Shown here: piece by piece, positions 1-13,577 of the stretch
Layout: every line of letters begins with the position of its first letter
How positions within the stretch are numbered: the stretch's first letter is position 1
Source: Malacoraja senta
Lineage: Eukaryota
Direction of reading: 5' to 3'
Assembly (NCBI GenBank): GCA_038087875.1
Contig: JAXLNO010000831.1
Span: 124,001-188,000, forward strand
DNA length: 64,000 nt
Program-made: the position numbers and the translations under genes
The notes under the pieces: generated by a model
Databases searched by the model: none
Seen by the model: only the letters and a program-made list of their open reading frames with translations
What the model was told of the DNA's origin: nothing

Positions 1-350
1 TGATGGCGCCGACCAATGGACGAGAACGGACTCGTGGAATTGAGGACGCTGCTGCTGAGGGAAGGAGCAAAGGAGGACCCGGCGTGGGGGACGGAGATTT
101 GTAACTTTGTAAACGCCCTTTATGAGCAAATATTTCCATACCTTGTGTGTGCAAGCAAAGAATGTCACTGAGACTTGTCACATGTGACAATAAAGTATTC
201 AATTCAATTCAATCAACAGCCACCTCTCATAATCTATTGATAACAGGCCTTTTGTTACAAGATGGCATTCTCTGGAAAGGCGTAGGTTATTTAAAAATGT
301 TTTAATCAATTTCTCTGATACAAGTGCACTGACCTCTTGTTCTGCTTTAG

Positions 351-419
351 CTGTAAGTAGACACACTCTCTACAATACCTTTCTCACACGACCGAACTTT
401 GAGGATCAGTTTGCACATG
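351..419 (+). CDS. Candidate 69-nt internal exon of an unidentified upstream gene (xVSRHTLYNTFLTRPNFEDQFAH)
   Basis: Acceptor cctcttgttctgctttag|, donor atg|gtatgt. Length is a multiple of 3 and only the phase 1-1 frame is open. Non-repeat context. Confidence 0.35.
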
Positions 420-1124
420 GTATGTTTGAGAGCTATTTCCATTTACTGGGAGACATCACAGCCTAGCCTGAACTAGACTGCATGCTACTCTATAGTTAAT
501 GGTGAGATCAAGGCTTTTTGTCTGTCAGTCTGATATTGATTACAGTTGAATTCAGGAAACCCAATACCAAACACAGCCTTTCACAAGGAAAAGCAAACAA
601 ATTGTGGCATTTACTTCAAGAAATACTCACACTCCCTATTGGACAATGTTAATGAATTCTGCTTTCAAACAATGAGTTCAAACCATGCTAAACAAGTCCA
701 AGGAATTCTTAATGTAAACAAAGGAACTGCAGATGCTGGTTTAAGCTGAAGATAGACACAAAATGTTGTAGTAACTCAGAGGCACAGGCAGCAGCTCTGG
801 ATAGAAGGAATGGGTGATGTTTTGGGTTGAGATCCTTTGGGGAAAAAATCATCCTGGCCTATGTGTAAATCGCATGTCAATGAGAATGGAGATGTTGACT
901 GAAATGTGAGTCAGTGGGATTTGGATGGAAATGTGAATGCACAGAATTTAAAAGTAGTCTATTGGATCTGAACACATCTTGGTCTGAAGTAGGGTCTCGA
1001 CCCACAATGTCACCCATTCCTTCTCTCCAGAGATGCTGCCTGTGAGTTACTCCAGCATTTTGTGTCTCTCTCCCGTGTAAACTGGCATCTGCAGTTCCTT
1101 CCTACACATTTGGTATGTGAATCA

Positions 1125-1270
1125 GTATTGTGTGAATGGATAATTTTTTGAATGGGTATAAGCTTCAGAATGGTGTTGGTGGGGGCATTTTTGAATGGGG
1201 TATGTGATTCAGAATGGTGTGAATGGAGGAATTTTTGAACGGGCATGTGATTCAAAATGGTGTGAACAGA
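1125..1270 (+). repeat. Minisatellite, about 3 units of about 45 bp
   Basis: tttttgaa.ggg.atgtgattca.aatggtgtg repeated. Confidence 0.7.
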
Positions 1271-1817
1271 TCAAGTTTATCAATGACAGATACATTTATG
1301 CAATTAATCTATATTTATCATATCTAATTTTATAACATAAATATGAACCAAATTGAATTAATTACGTTCCACCCTGTTACTTGATCTTTTAGATAGTTGA
1401 GAAGGTATTGAAAGAGTTCCTTGTTCACTCAAGAACCCAGGCAATAGTGGACAGTTTATCAGCAAACACTTGGCCCAGTGCCTGAGGTGCTCCAGTCACT
1501 AAGTGATGGAAATGTATTTGTCATTCCACAAATCTCACATTGTGTAAGAGGTTGGGGTTGGAGTCTCAGCCCAACAGATCAGTCAGAAGAGGTACAGGAA
1601 CAGAGGCAGGGTGAATGTGTGATTTGTAGACTATCAGATACAGAATATTACAGGTCAGGAACTCACCCTTTGGCCCACAATGTATATGCTGAATGTAATG
1701 CCAAGATAAACTGACCTAGTCGAATGCAAACAGAAATTTTACATTCGATGAACACTTTCACATCATACAACCCATCTCCAATGAAAATTATCTCCTTCCT
1801 TCCATGACTTTTAGTTA

Positions 1818-3022
1818 TGGAGTCATAGAGTGATACAGTTTGGGAACAGGCCCTTCAGCCCAACTTGTCCACACTGGGCAACATGTCCCAGCTACACTAG
1901 TCCCACCTGCCTGCCTTTGGTCCATATCCCTCCAAACCTGTCATATCCATGTACATGTCTAACTGTTTCTTAAACGAGGGGATTGTCCCAGCCTCAATTA
2001 CCTCCTCTGGGAGCTTGTTCCATACACCCACCACACTTTGTGTGAAAACGTTACCCTTCAGTTTCCTATTAAATCTTATCCCATTGACCTTGAAACTATG
2101 TCATCTGGTCCTCGATTCCCCTACTCTGGGCAAAAGACTCTGTGCATCTACCCGAACTATTCCTCTGATGGTATTGTATACCTCTTACAAGATCACCCCT
2201 CATCCTCCTGCGCTCCAAGGAATAGAGACCCAGCCTACTCAACCTCTCCCTATAACTCACACCCTCTAGTCCTGGCAACATCCTTGTAAATCTTTTCTGA
2301 CCAGTTTCAAGCTTGACAATATCTTTCCTATAACATGGTGCCCAGAACTGAACACAATATTCTAAATGCGGTCTCACCAACATCTTATACAACTGCAACA
2401 TGACCTCCCAACTTCTGTACTCATTATTCTGACTGATGAAGGCCAATGTGCCAAAAGCCTTTTTGACCACCTTTTCTACCTATGACTCGACCTTTAAGGA
2501 ACCTTGCACTTGTACTCCTAGATCCCTCTCCTCTCAACACTCCCCAGAGACCGACCATTTACTGTGTTAGACGTCCCAAAAAGCAACACCTCACACTTCT
2601 CTGTATTAAATTCCATCAACCATTCCTCGGCCCACTGGCCAATCGATCCAGATCCTGCTGCAATCGTTCACAACCATTGTCTACCTGCAACCGTTCACAA
2701 CCATCTTCACTATCTGCAAAACCACTCCCTTTTGTATCATCAGCAACCTTGCTAATCTTGCCCCGTATTATATCATCCAAATCAATTATGTAGATGACAA
2801 ACAGTAACGGGCCCAGCACCGAACCCTGAGTCACACCACTAGTCACACGCCTTCAATCAGTGAAGCAACTTTCCACCATCACCCTCTGCTTCCTTCCATG
2901 GAGCCATTTGCTATCCATTCAGCTATCTCTCCTTGGATCTCATGTGATCAAATCTTCCAGAGCAGCCTACCATGCGGAGCCTTTTCGAATACCTTTCTGA
3001 AATCCATGTACACAACATCTAC
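1818..3022 (-). mobile_element. CR1 LINE 3' fragment
   Basis: TSGVTQGSVLGPLLF...VADDTK; RPHLEYCVQFWAP; CR1-type 3' tail. Confidence 0.88.
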
Positions 3023-4144
3023 AGCTCTGTAGAGCTTCCACAGCTTGAGTTGTGCAAAGTCATGGAGAACACATCTCCGGTCAGTCAGCTAATTTCCATT
3101 GTGTTCAGTGTGTTGGACTGAGGGAAAAAATGGGATTAAAGGATGAGATTCTTTCTCCAGTTGCTGTGATACATTGTAAATGGATCGATTGTAATGTGTA
3201 CGAAGGAACTGCAGATACTGGTTTAAACAGAAGATAGTCATAAAAAAGCTGGAGTAACTCAGCGGGGCAGGCAGCATCTCTGGAGAGAAGAATTGAAGAA
3301 AGTCTCAACCTGAAACGTCACCCATTCCTTCTCTCCAGAGATGCTGCCTGTCCTGCTGAGTTACTCCAGCTTTATGTGTCTATCTTCAGATCGATTACAA
3401 TCATGTATTGACTTTCTGCTGACTGGTTAGCACACAACAAAAGCTTTTCACTGTAAACAGCTTTCACTATTTCACAATAAACTAAACTGAACTGAGACTA
3501 TTAATACTTCATACCTGTGCATAAACCTGGGCAAATGAATTTTAAAATAATTCTTGTCTATAACCTGCTTATGTATTCAAGTGACAGTGGGTGCATTGAT
3601 TCAATGGTTCAATGGTACTTTATTGTCACATATACCTGGGTTCAGTGAAATTACTTTTTGCCTACAGTTCTGTCAAACATTTACAATACACAAGGACAAT
3701 CATACTTTAGTACAAGACTACAGGAATATAGATTACATTGAGACAATACACAATTTGTATTGATTTCCATTAACATTTTGCATAAATCAAAACTCCAAAG
3801 TTATAAACAATGTAGAGATTTAACTTGACCTGATAACCTATTGCTTTGGTGGCAGCACCGGTTTGGAGCTGCAGGGTTTAGCCCACAATGTTTGGTATTA
3901 GTGTAAAGTTCATAATATCAGGATTCTTCTTGCATGGAACAGACACTGGTCCACAACCCCAACTTGAATCTGATTTCATGAATTAATTGGCCATTGTACA
4001 CTTGGCCAGACATTCCTTATCAAGATTACCATAAGGGACAACCTGCCCTGCCAATGTTACCTCAAAGTGACTATGAGTGTGGTGAACATGGATTGACTTG
4101 GAAAGTTTCCTGAAAGATCAGCACACATTGAAATGATAACGCAA

Positions 4145-4452
4145 TCAACTGTTATTCGATGCACAGAGACTTTGCCCAGAGTAGGGGAATCGAGGACCAG
4201 AGGACATAGGTTCAAGGTGAAGGGGAAAAAGATTTAATAGGAATCCGAGGGTCAACATTTTCACACAAAGGCTGGTGGGTGTATGGAACAAGCTGCCAGA
4301 GGAGGTAGTTGAGGCTGGGACTATCCTATCCTTTAAGAAACAGTTAGACAATCGCAGGCAAGTGGGACCAGTGTAGCTGGGACATTGTTGGCCGGTGTGG
4401 GCGAGTTGGGCCGAAGGACCTGTTTCCAAACTGTATCACTCTATGACTCTAT
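4145..4452 (+). mobile_element. CR1 LINE 3' end
   Basis: Matches the reverse complement of the 3' end of the 1818-3022 copy, including the (ctatga)n tail. Confidence 0.8.
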
Positions 4453-4522
4453 GATATTATTAATAAAATTAATTAACAACAATCAAGTAGATTGTTTGAA
4501 GCTGTTCCCATTCCTTATGCAG

Positions 4523-4542
4523 ATCCAAGTAACCCAATCAAG
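4523..4542 (+). CDS. Candidate 20-nt micro-exon (D-PSNPIK)
   Basis: Acceptor ttcccattccttatgcag|, donor aag|gtaaat; phase 1 to 0. Confidence 0.25.
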
Positions 4543-4707
4543 GTAAATCAATGTTAGGTGCCTGGAAGATGTGGAGTACTCAATAATCAAGATCTGGTAC
4601 TTTAGTGACCTTCCTTCCTTCCTTCCATTATAAAGTCAAAAGTGATTGTCTGTTGTTGATTGCACAATGCTCAATTTCATTTCCTCATTTATTCACTGCA
4701 CCACAAG

Positions 4708-4798
4708 CTTCAACCAGTGACAAAACACACTGCAGATACGTGTCATCTAGTCCATCAGAACATTCCAAACTCAACATCTCAAGCACAAGAACAACAAG
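4708..4798 (+). CDS. Candidate 91-nt exon (LQPVTKHTADTCHLVHQNIPNSTSQAQEQQ)
   Basis: Pyrimidine-rich tract ending in an atypical AAG acceptor, donor aag|gtcagc; phase 0 to 1, open frame. Confidence 0.2.
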
Positions 4799-5489
4799 GT
4801 CAGCAGATGTGTGGGAACCTGACCTGGGATCCATCCTGACTTAGAAATGAATCACCATTTGTTCATAATTGAGTTTGGTTTAGAGATATGTCATGCCAGC
4901 AGTTCGAAATAAACAGGTCGGGAGAGGGTAGAAGGCTGGCACAGGGGGTCAAAGAGGATGGGGTTTGTAGGATAAGGAGGACTGTGTTTTCACCGGGAGG
5001 TGAGGACTCCTTCCCGTAGAAAAAGGCTTGGAGGCGGAGGCAACTGAAGAAGATCTCTACATCATGGTGAGCCCTGAATTTGTTGAGGTGGGGGCGTAGG
5101 GATACAAAGATAAGGCCTCAGTTGAAGACTGACTGTTCTGTATCAGAAGGAAGTCGGGGGGGAAGGACCCCGGAGAGCTTTACTGTATATTGTCAGGGCC
5201 AGCAGCGTAGAGGCCCAAGGCCGGAAAAGGGGCTTGCAAACCATGTGTTGATGTCTTTGGCCGACTGGTGGCCGGTGAAGAGGCGAGGATCGGCGGAGTC
5301 AATGGGCCCACGAGTGGCTAGAGTACAGGTAAAGGTTGGCGGCAAACATGGCCTGGAAACTTTGTGGGCCGATGGTGGCATGATCAACAGTGTCAGTAGG
5401 TCAGGCCTGGAAGCTCCATTAACCATTCTTCAGCCCACTTGTCTCACTGATCACGATCCAGCTGTAATTTTTGATAACTATGTTCACTG

Positions 5490-6295
5490 TTTATGATACC
5501 AACTAGGTCAATGTCATCTGCAAAGTTTCTAATCATGCCGCACATTTTCATCTAAGTTGCTTATATAAACCACAATCAGCAATGGGCCCAGCACTGATCC
5601 CTGAGGGACACCTCTAGTCACAGGCCTCCAGTGTGAAAAGCACTTCCACTATCACCCTATGCTTCCATGAACGTAATTCTTTGTTTAGGCAGCTAGTTCT
5701 CCCTGAATTCCATGAGCTCTAATCATCCAGAGCAGCCTACCATGCAGAAACTTATCAAAGGCCTTGCTAAAGACCATATGTACAATGTCTATGACCTTAT
5801 CATCATCAACCTTCTTGGTTACTTTTTCCAAAAACTACCAGATTGGCGATGCATGATCTCCCACGTACAAAACCACACTGACCAGCCCCTGTCTCTACAA
5901 ATGCATATTTACCCTATCTCTCAGAATCCTGTCCAGTAACTTACCTACTGCAGATTGTAGGCCCACTGATTTATAGTTTCTAGGCTATGCCCTGTAGTCC
6001 TTCTAACAATGATTCATATCTCTCAGTCAGGGCGCTTGCAATTTTTTCTCTAGCTCCCCACAGTGTCCTCTGATATATCTGATCAGGTCTGGGTGAATTA
6101 TCTACTTTCATATGTCTTAGGATGTCCAGCACATCATCGGCCATAACACGGACTGTCCTCCAGACATCTCCATTTCCTGTTGCAAGCTCCCTCATCTTCA
6201 AATCTTTCTCCACAGTAAAAACAGGGGAGAAATACTCATTGAAAATCTTGCTCATCTCATGCAGCTCCTCACAGAGATGACAGCTTTTATTTTCT
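5490..6295 (-). mobile_element. Degenerate CR1 RT fragments
   Basis: VDNSPRPDQIY..LWGAREKIA; PQGSVLGP-like sequence at about 5580-5620. Confidence 0.7.
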
Positions 6296-6639
6296 GAGTG
6301 GATTTATTCTTTATCAAGTTACCCTCATTCATTTAATATAGGAGCGAAGAAGACTGTAAAAACTTGTGAACACTGCCCAGTCCATCACGGGTTCTGACCT
6401 CCCCACCATCGAAGGAAGCTCAAAAAGGCAGCAAGGATCATCAGAGACCCACACCACCCTGGCCACACACTTATTTCACCCCTGCCATAGGGTAGAAGGT
6501 ACAGGAGCCTGAAAATTGTAACATCAGGTTCAGCAATAACTTCTACCCTACAGCCTTTAGGCTATTAAACACTACAGCCTTAAACAAGCTCTTAACTACA
6601 TAGACTATTATTGTTATTGTTGCACCATTATTGTTTGTT

Positions 6640-6735
6640 TTTTGTGTGTACATATGAGTGTGTGTGTGTGTATATATATATACGAATATGGTCTCTATAT
6701 ATGTGTATTTGTGAGTATGTGTATACATACACACC
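6640..6735. repeat. (TG)n/(TA)n microsatellite
   Basis: Visible dinucleotide tract. Confidence 0.85.
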
Positions 6736-7963
6736 CAGATATTTTTATTTCATGTTTCTTATATTGTTTACAGTGTACTATGTTTACATATTCTGTTGTG
6801 CTGCTGCAAGTAAGAATGTCATTGTTCTATCTAGGACATCTCTATATAACTAAAAGTCTTTGGCTTGTTTGTGCCCACGATGTGTCTGTGTGTGTGTCAA
6901 TCTGGTAAATTCCTGTCTTCTTCCTAATGCTAGGCCACAGCCTTCCTATTTTCACACATCTTACTCACATTTTTCCCGTGGTGGCAATAAACATCTTCCC
7001 ATCACATTTCCACCTATATTTCCGAAGTTATTAATCGTTAAATTTTAAAAACAGTTTGATTTCTTCAAACTCCTCCATTTTGGAAACAAAATCCGAGTGA
7101 CTTCACAATGCACTCGCGAGGCAGGACAGGGCCACTCCAGGAGGGACGGACACTCCAGTGCTCCAACCCTCCTTCCCCCCTCCCCACCCCCCTCCAGTGC
7201 ACCAATCACGATGGGCTCTCAAGCTGCCGAGTGCCACACCCCCTGCCCCCTCCCCCTCATCATGATTAAAGTGTTTTTTTAAGCCAAACGGGTTGCGTTG
7301 GGGGAACGGGTGAGTGCTGGAATATTGCGTTGGGGGAGCAGACCCAACGGGTCTGCACTTGGTCTGGTATGACAATAAAACAATATTGATTCTTGAATGT
7401 ACATAAAGTATCTTTGGATTCTTCTTTGCCAGAGTTGACAACAAAATTGATAAGTATATTAGGTAATGATAATTGTTATCTAAGATTACAAAATAATGTT
7501 GATCAACCGGAAAGGTATGGAGGTGAGGGGATGGGAGGTGAGGGGGGGCGGGAAGGAATGCCAGTTGAAATCTAACTCAAACAAGTGTGATTTGATGCAT
7601 TTTGGGAATTCAAATCATGACTGGCCAAATCTATTGCAGGATTGTAAATGGAGCTGTACCTTGGTGTACAATTACATAGTTCCCTGAAAATGGCATCATA
7701 GTTTGATAGGGTAGTGAAGGGAATATATGTCTGAAGAATCGCCTCAATCCAAAACGTCACCCATTCCTTCTCTCCAGAAATATTGCCGCTGAGTCTCTCT
7801 AGCTTTTTGTGTCTATCTTCGGTTTACATTAGCATCTGCTGTTCATTCCTACACAGAGTATATGTTGTGCCTTGTTTCCTCAGCCATGGTACTGAGGACT
7901 AGGGTTGGGGTGTCGTGTTACAGTTGTACAGAATGTTGAACAGGCAACCATTAATCTGTCCAG

Positions 7964-8064
7964 GGGCTCAGCTGATTTGTTGCACAATAGACTCTAATCC
8001 AAGTTCTGAACTCCGAAAAGAAAATCAAGAAATTCAAGTTGCCACTCATCCAGGGACTGAATAA
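7964..8064 (+). CDS. Candidate terminal coding exon (G-AQLICCTIDSNPSSELRKENQEIQVATHPGTE*)
   Basis: Acceptor tctgtccag| (weak tract), phase 1, open to TAA at 8062-8064, AATAAA at 8144-8149. Confidence 0.25.
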
Positions 8065-8239
8065 CAAAACACATCTTAGTGTTGCTTATCTGGCTTGAGA
8101 ACTCTTAACATTGATCTATTTTGCTTCATACTGTAGTCCATTTAATAAACTGGTCATCCCCAGACATCCTGTGTCCACACTTTCCCAAGGGCACCTCACC
8201 TATTTTCAGCTCTGCTCTCAACAAGTATCAATCACATTA

Positions 8240-8370
8240 TCCCTCTCTCTATCTATCATCTCTCTCCATCTCACTATATATCTCTCTCTCTCTATCTCCC
8301 TATTTCCCTCCATCTATTTATCTCTCCATCTCTCATCCCTCAGCTCTATCTCTCTTTCCTTCATCTCTTT
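8240..8370. repeat. Degenerate (TC)n tract
   Basis: Visible pyrimidine dinucleotide tract. Confidence 0.8.
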
Positions 8371-8611
8371 CATTTCTGCAAATTGAAATCATTAATCAGT
8401 CTGAGAGCACTGTGTGTGACTGAATGACATCAGAGCATCAGTCCCTGAGGCATACCACTGGTCACAGGCTTCCTATGTAAAAAAAACAACCCTCCACTAC
8501 CACTCTCTGACTCCTACCACCAAGCCAACTTTGTGTCCAATTGACTAGCTCACCCTGGATCCCATGTTTTCCAACCTAATGGACCAGCCACCCATGTGGG
8601 GCCTTGCTGAA

Positions 8612-8925
8612 GGATGGCATGGTGGCATAGTCGTAAGGCTACTGCATTACAGTGCCAGAGATCTGGGTTCAATCCTGACTACAAGTGCTTTTCTATATGG
8701 AGTTTGTACGTTCTCTCCGTGACCTGCGTAGGTTTTCTCCAAGATCTTCGGTTTCCTCCCACACTCCAAAGACGTACAGGTTTGTACGTTAATTGGCTTG
8801 GTATAAAAGGTAAAATTACCCCTAGTGTGTGTAGGGTAGTGTTAAAATGTGGGGATCGCTGGTCGGTGCAGGCCCGGTGGGCTGTAGGGTCTGTTTCCCC
8901 ACTGTATCTCTAAACTAAACTAAAC
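8612..8925 (+). mobile_element. V-SINE (HE1-like)
   Basis: Same head, V-domain and tail as 45456-45752. Confidence 0.85.
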
Positions 8926-9167
8926 ATAGACAACATCTGTCATCCAATCACACACTGGGCAATTTACAAAATTCAATTAACCAACCAACTCGCATGTCTT
9001 TGAGATATAGGAGGAACGGAGCATTTGGTGGAGATCCACGTGTCATAGGGAGAACAAGAAAATGATACACGTTGTACCCGAGATCAGGATTGAATCCAAG
9101 TTGCTGTAGCAGAGGGGCACCAATTCTGCCAGTTGCCTCAATGTACTGCCTTTTAAAAAGAAAATTC

Positions 9168-9485
9168 AAAGCCTGTCCCAATGTACGAGGTAATTCAAGA
9201 GCTCTCCCGAGTTTAAAAAAAATCAAACTCGTGGTAAGCACGTAGATGGTACGTAGCGGGTACGTCGGAGCTCGGGACATCTCCTAGCGGCTCGTAACGC
9301 TAACGGCAGGTACTCGGGAAACGCGGTAAGCTCGTGAAGACTCGTGAAGATTTTTCAACATGTTGAAAAAAGTCCACGAGAGCCCCAAGTACCTACGAGC
9401 GGCTATTACCGTAATTCTCCGAGTTCGAATCAGGGGAAACTCGGGAGAACTCTTGAATTAGCTCGTACAGTGGGACAGGGCCTTT
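9168..9485. mobile_element. MITE with TIRs of about 45 bp (PIF/Harbinger-like ends)
   Basis: gcctgtccca-tgtacgag-taattcaagag-tctcccgagttt is mirrored at both ends; CpG-rich interior. Confidence 0.75.
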
Positions 9486-9529
9486 AAGCTGTGTCTGCGT
9501 TGTCCATGCACACACTCTCAGGGCAGAAT

Positions 9530-9833
9530 TAGTTTAGTTTAGTTTAGAGATACAGCATGGAAACAGGCCTTTCGGCCTACCAAGTTTGCGAAGACCAATG
9601 ATCCCTTTACATTGGCACTATCCTACACACACTAGGTACAAATTACAATTTACAAACCAATTAACCTACAAACCTGTACGTCTTTGGAGTGTGGGAGGAA
9701 ACTGGAGCACCCGGAGAAAACCCATGCGTTCACCCAACATACAAACTCCGTGTGGACCGCACCCATAGTCAGGATCGAACCCTGGTGTCTGTTGCTATAA
9801 GGCAGCAACTACCGCTGCGCCACCCCGCCGCCC
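9530..9833 (-). mobile_element. V-SINE (HE1-like)
   Basis: Reverse-complement match to the same family. Confidence 0.8.
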
Positions 9834-10249
9834 CTAAGTATAGATATAGGGAAAGATACAGCAGCCTGAAAACCGTGACAACCAGATTCAAGAATAGTCT
9901 CTTCTCAGCAATCATCAGGCTCTTCAACACCACACAAAACTAACTTCAGCATCTATGATCATCTACGGACTGTCTTTGAATGTAATATGAATTTAGTTTT
10001 TTGCACTATTATGATAGTCCAGTATTACAGTTATTAATTTATTGTTATATTGGTTGTTTTATATTATCTCTGTGTTATTGCAGTTACATGCAGGTGAAGC
10101 TGCAGCAAGTCAGAATTTTGTTGTTCTATTGTTGATACATATGACAATTAAACAACTCTTACCTCGCATTTGATTTTGGGTAAAGCTCACTCCATATTAC
10201 CCCCACCATACACTCAGGAAAAGTACAAGGAACAAGTACATGTTTAAGA

Positions 10250-11280
10250 AAGAACTGCAGATGCTGGAAAAATCCAAGGTAGACAAAAATGCTGGAGAAA
10301 CTCAGCAGTGAGGCAGCATCTATGGAGCAAAGGAATAGGTGACGTTTTGGGTCGAGACCCTTCTTCAACCTGATATGGGGGTGTGGGGCGGGAAGAAGAA
10401 AGGAAGAGGTGGAAATAGTAGGCTGTGGGAGAGCTTCGAAGGGGAGGGGAAGGAGGGAGAAAGCAAAGACTACCTGAAAATGGAGGTCAATGTTCATACC
10501 GCTGGGGTGTAAACTACCCAAGCGAAAAATGATATGCTGCTCCTCCAATTTGCGGAGGGTCTTACTCTGGCCGTGGAGGAGACCCAGGACAGAAAGGTCG
10601 GATTCTGAATGGGAGGGGGAGTTGAAGTGCTGAGCCACTGGGAGATCAGGTTGGTTAATGCGGACTGAGCGGAGGTGTTGGGCGAAGCGATCGCCAATCC
10701 TGCGCTTGGTCTCACCGATGTAGAGCAGTTGACACCTAGAGCAGCGGATGCAATAGATGAGGTTGGAGGAGGGGCAGGTGAACTTCTGCCTCACTTGGAA
10801 AGACTGCTTAGGCCCTTGGATGGAGTCAAGGGGGGAGATAAAGCGACAAGTGTAGCATTTCCTGCGGTTGCAAGTGAAAGTGCCAGGGGAGGGGAAGGTT
10901 AAGGAACGGGGCTTCTTCTCTTCGACTGTAGATGAGGCTCTCAGCAGGGTCTCTTCTATATCTCGTTGCTCCGCTCTCACTCCCCATCCCCCCACTCGTG
11001 ACAAGTCCCCCTTGTCCTCACATTACACCCTACCAGCCGTCACATACAACAGATAATCCTCCGACATATTCGCCACCTCCAACGGGATCCCATCATTGGC
11101 CACATCTTCTCATCTTCTCCCCTTTCAGCTTTCTGAAGAGACTGCACCCTCTGTAACTCCCTGGTCAATTTGTCCCTTCCCACCCAAACCACTCCCTCCC
11201 CTGGTACTTTCCCTTGCAACTGCAGGAAATGCTACACTTGTCGCTTTACCTCCCCCCTTAACTCCATCCAAGGACCTAGG
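10250..11280 (-). mobile_element. Penelope-like element fragment (GIY-YIG) with terminal repeat, plus an inverted (+) upstream piece at about 10930-11280
   Basis: LIYCIRCSRCQLLYIGETKRRIGDRFAQH; the GTFxCN..KCYTC segment is present in both orientations. Confidence 0.88.
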
Positions 11281-12080
11281 CATGCCATGCTATCCAAACA
11301 GATTGGATATACCATACACAGATATAATCAATTAAAAGGGGAATAATATCATGCAGCATAACAATCTCAGCATTGTAGCGCATCAGTTCCAGTGAGAAAC
11401 ACCAATGATCTCGGTGGATAGAGGTAAATCATACTTACCATAACCTACAGAAAAACTGTTCAGTAGCCAGATAACAGAGGGGAAGAAGCTGTCGCTGAGG
11501 CTGGTGGTACGTGCCTTCAATCTTCTGCACCTTCTGCCAAACGGGAGCCAAACTTATCCATGCCCTTCATAATTTTACATACTTCTATCAGGGCTCCCCT
11601 CAACTAATTGGAGCAGGGAACCAATGTAAGGACAGTTTTGGCAATGATACAAAAATAGATGAAATGGCACGGTTTAATGAGGAAAGTATGATTTTACAAC
11701 AGGATATAGATAGCTTGAGTGATTAGTCAAAACCTGGCTAATGTGTTTAATGTGGGAAACTGTGAGGTCATGCTGAAGATAGACACAAAATGCTGGAATA
11801 ACTCAGCGGGACAGGCAGCATCTCTAGATAGAAGGAATGGGTGACGTTTCAGGTCGAGACCCATTTTCGGACTGTAGAACTCTCGTTGGAGAGAGGAGAA
11901 CTTCTTCAAAGTAGGCATACCTTGAGGAGATTTCTCAGTGGAGCAGCCAAATTGTGTAGGAAGGAACTGCAAATGCTGCTTCACACTGAAGGTAGACACA
12001 AAATGCTGGAGTAACTTAGCAGGACAAGCAGCATCTCTAGGTAGAATTGGTGATGTTTCGAGTCATGCTCTTTGGCATAA

Positions 12081-12600
12081 GGAATCAAGTCAGCTTGCCC
12101 CAATCAGTATCAATGGTGCCAAAGTAGAAATGGTTGAGAGCTTAAAATTCTTTGGTGTAAATATTACCAACGAACCTTGATGGACCAACCACATTGAAGG
12201 GACAGCCAAGAAGGCACACCAATGCCTCCATTTCCTCAGACGACTGAGGAAATTTGGTATGTGTCCAATGACTCTTACCAACTTCCATAGATGCACCATA
12301 GAAAGCATACTATCAGGTTACATCACAGCTTGTTTTCAGAATAGCTTTGCCCAAGACCACAAGATATTGCAGAGAGGTGTAGATGTAGCACAGTCCATCA
12401 CACAGACCAGACTGCCCATCATTGTCTCCATTTACACTTCCTGCCTCTTCAGGAAGACAGCCAACATAGTCAAAGACCTTTCTCACACTAGTGATTCCTT
12501 TTTTCTCCACTTCCATCAGGCAGAAGATGCAGAGCTTAAAGGTGTAGAGCACCAGACACAGGAACAGCTTCTTCTCCTCTGTTATCAGGCTTTTGAATGT
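12081..12600 (+). mobile_element. Rex1/Babar-type LINE 3' fragment
   Basis: VESLKFFGVNI...LTNFHRCTIESILSGYITACF; similar short fragments at about 6341-6610(+), 9850-10150(+), 11340-11540(-) and 26790-27050(+). Confidence 0.8.
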
Positions 12601-12859
12601 TCCATGTGCTAGGACCCATTCCCAATTCTCCTTTACCTCAATATGGCCATTGGATTTTGTCTCTGGAACTGTTGTACAATAATGTTGAGAGCTATATTCT
12701 TCACTCTGTATCTTATCCTTCAGTCTGCCTATTGTACTTGCATTTGGCTTGATAGTATTTATGTATACAACAGCAAACACAATGCTTTTCACCGTACCTT
12801 GGTACACATCACAATAACAAACCTCAAGCTAAACCTTAAATGGTGGATTCTTGTCTAAA

Positions 12860-13450
12860 TGGAGAGAGACTGTAACTGAGTGAAGTTCAGATGGGATCTT
12901 GGTATTCAAGTGCATGCATCAAATTAAGTTAGTAGCAGGCCCAGTAACCAATGGAAAAAATGCAGTCTTTACTGCAAAGGGGATGGAATTTAAGAACAGG
13001 GAAGTTATATTGGAATTATGCAGGATGATAGTGAGTCAATAACTGGAAAACCGCACACAGTTTAACATTAAATAGGGTATAGGAGCATTGGATGCAGACC
13101 AGGTGAAATTCACCAAACTAAGTCAAGAGATGAAAAGGTTGTCCCATCAAGAGCGGTAAACACTTTAGGTCTGCATTCCTTGGAGTGTAGAAAGTGATGA
13201 GTGACCTTATTCACACATGCAATATCTTAAGGGGCTTTTCATGATAGATGTTGAGATGTTTCACTGGTGGGAAAGTCTAAAAACAATGGGAAACAACTAC
13301 AGAATAAGGGACCAGTTGTTTAAAAGTGAGGTACATAAAAATTACTTCTTTCAGAACGGTGTGGATCGCTGGAATTCTGTGCCCAGAGGTGGTGGTGGCT
13401 AAGGCATTAGATATGCTTATGAACAGATAGAGAAATCTTTGAAAGATTCA
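12860..13450 (+). mobile_element. Degenerate CR1 3' fragment
   Basis: Decayed match to the CR1 C-terminus seen in the other copies (KNYFFQNGVDRWNSVP). Confidence 0.65.
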
Positions 13451-13577
13451 GGCAATTGACGGTTTTGGGGTAAAGGAACAGAGGAGTAGTCCACTTCTGC
13501 TATTTTTACTTGTGTTGTGGACGATTACCCTCATGAATAAAGTTAGAACTTGCAACCAACATTTCAATCAGAGGGGC

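Noticed and set aside
1393-1400. Good acceptor (gatcttttag|atagttga) that would end the candidate upstream gene as ...FAHDS*
   Set aside because: No AATAAA was seen nearby and only two codons follow, so it cannot be told from chance; kept only as an alternative.
4905-5450. 138-aa ORF 5080..5496
   Set aside because: Shares a block with about 59835-59880 inside the hAT nest, so it is an interspersed repeat; no protein motif.
8612-8690. tRNA-like sequence
   Set aside because: It is the tRNA-derived head of the SINE family and continues directly into the V-domain; not a tRNA gene.
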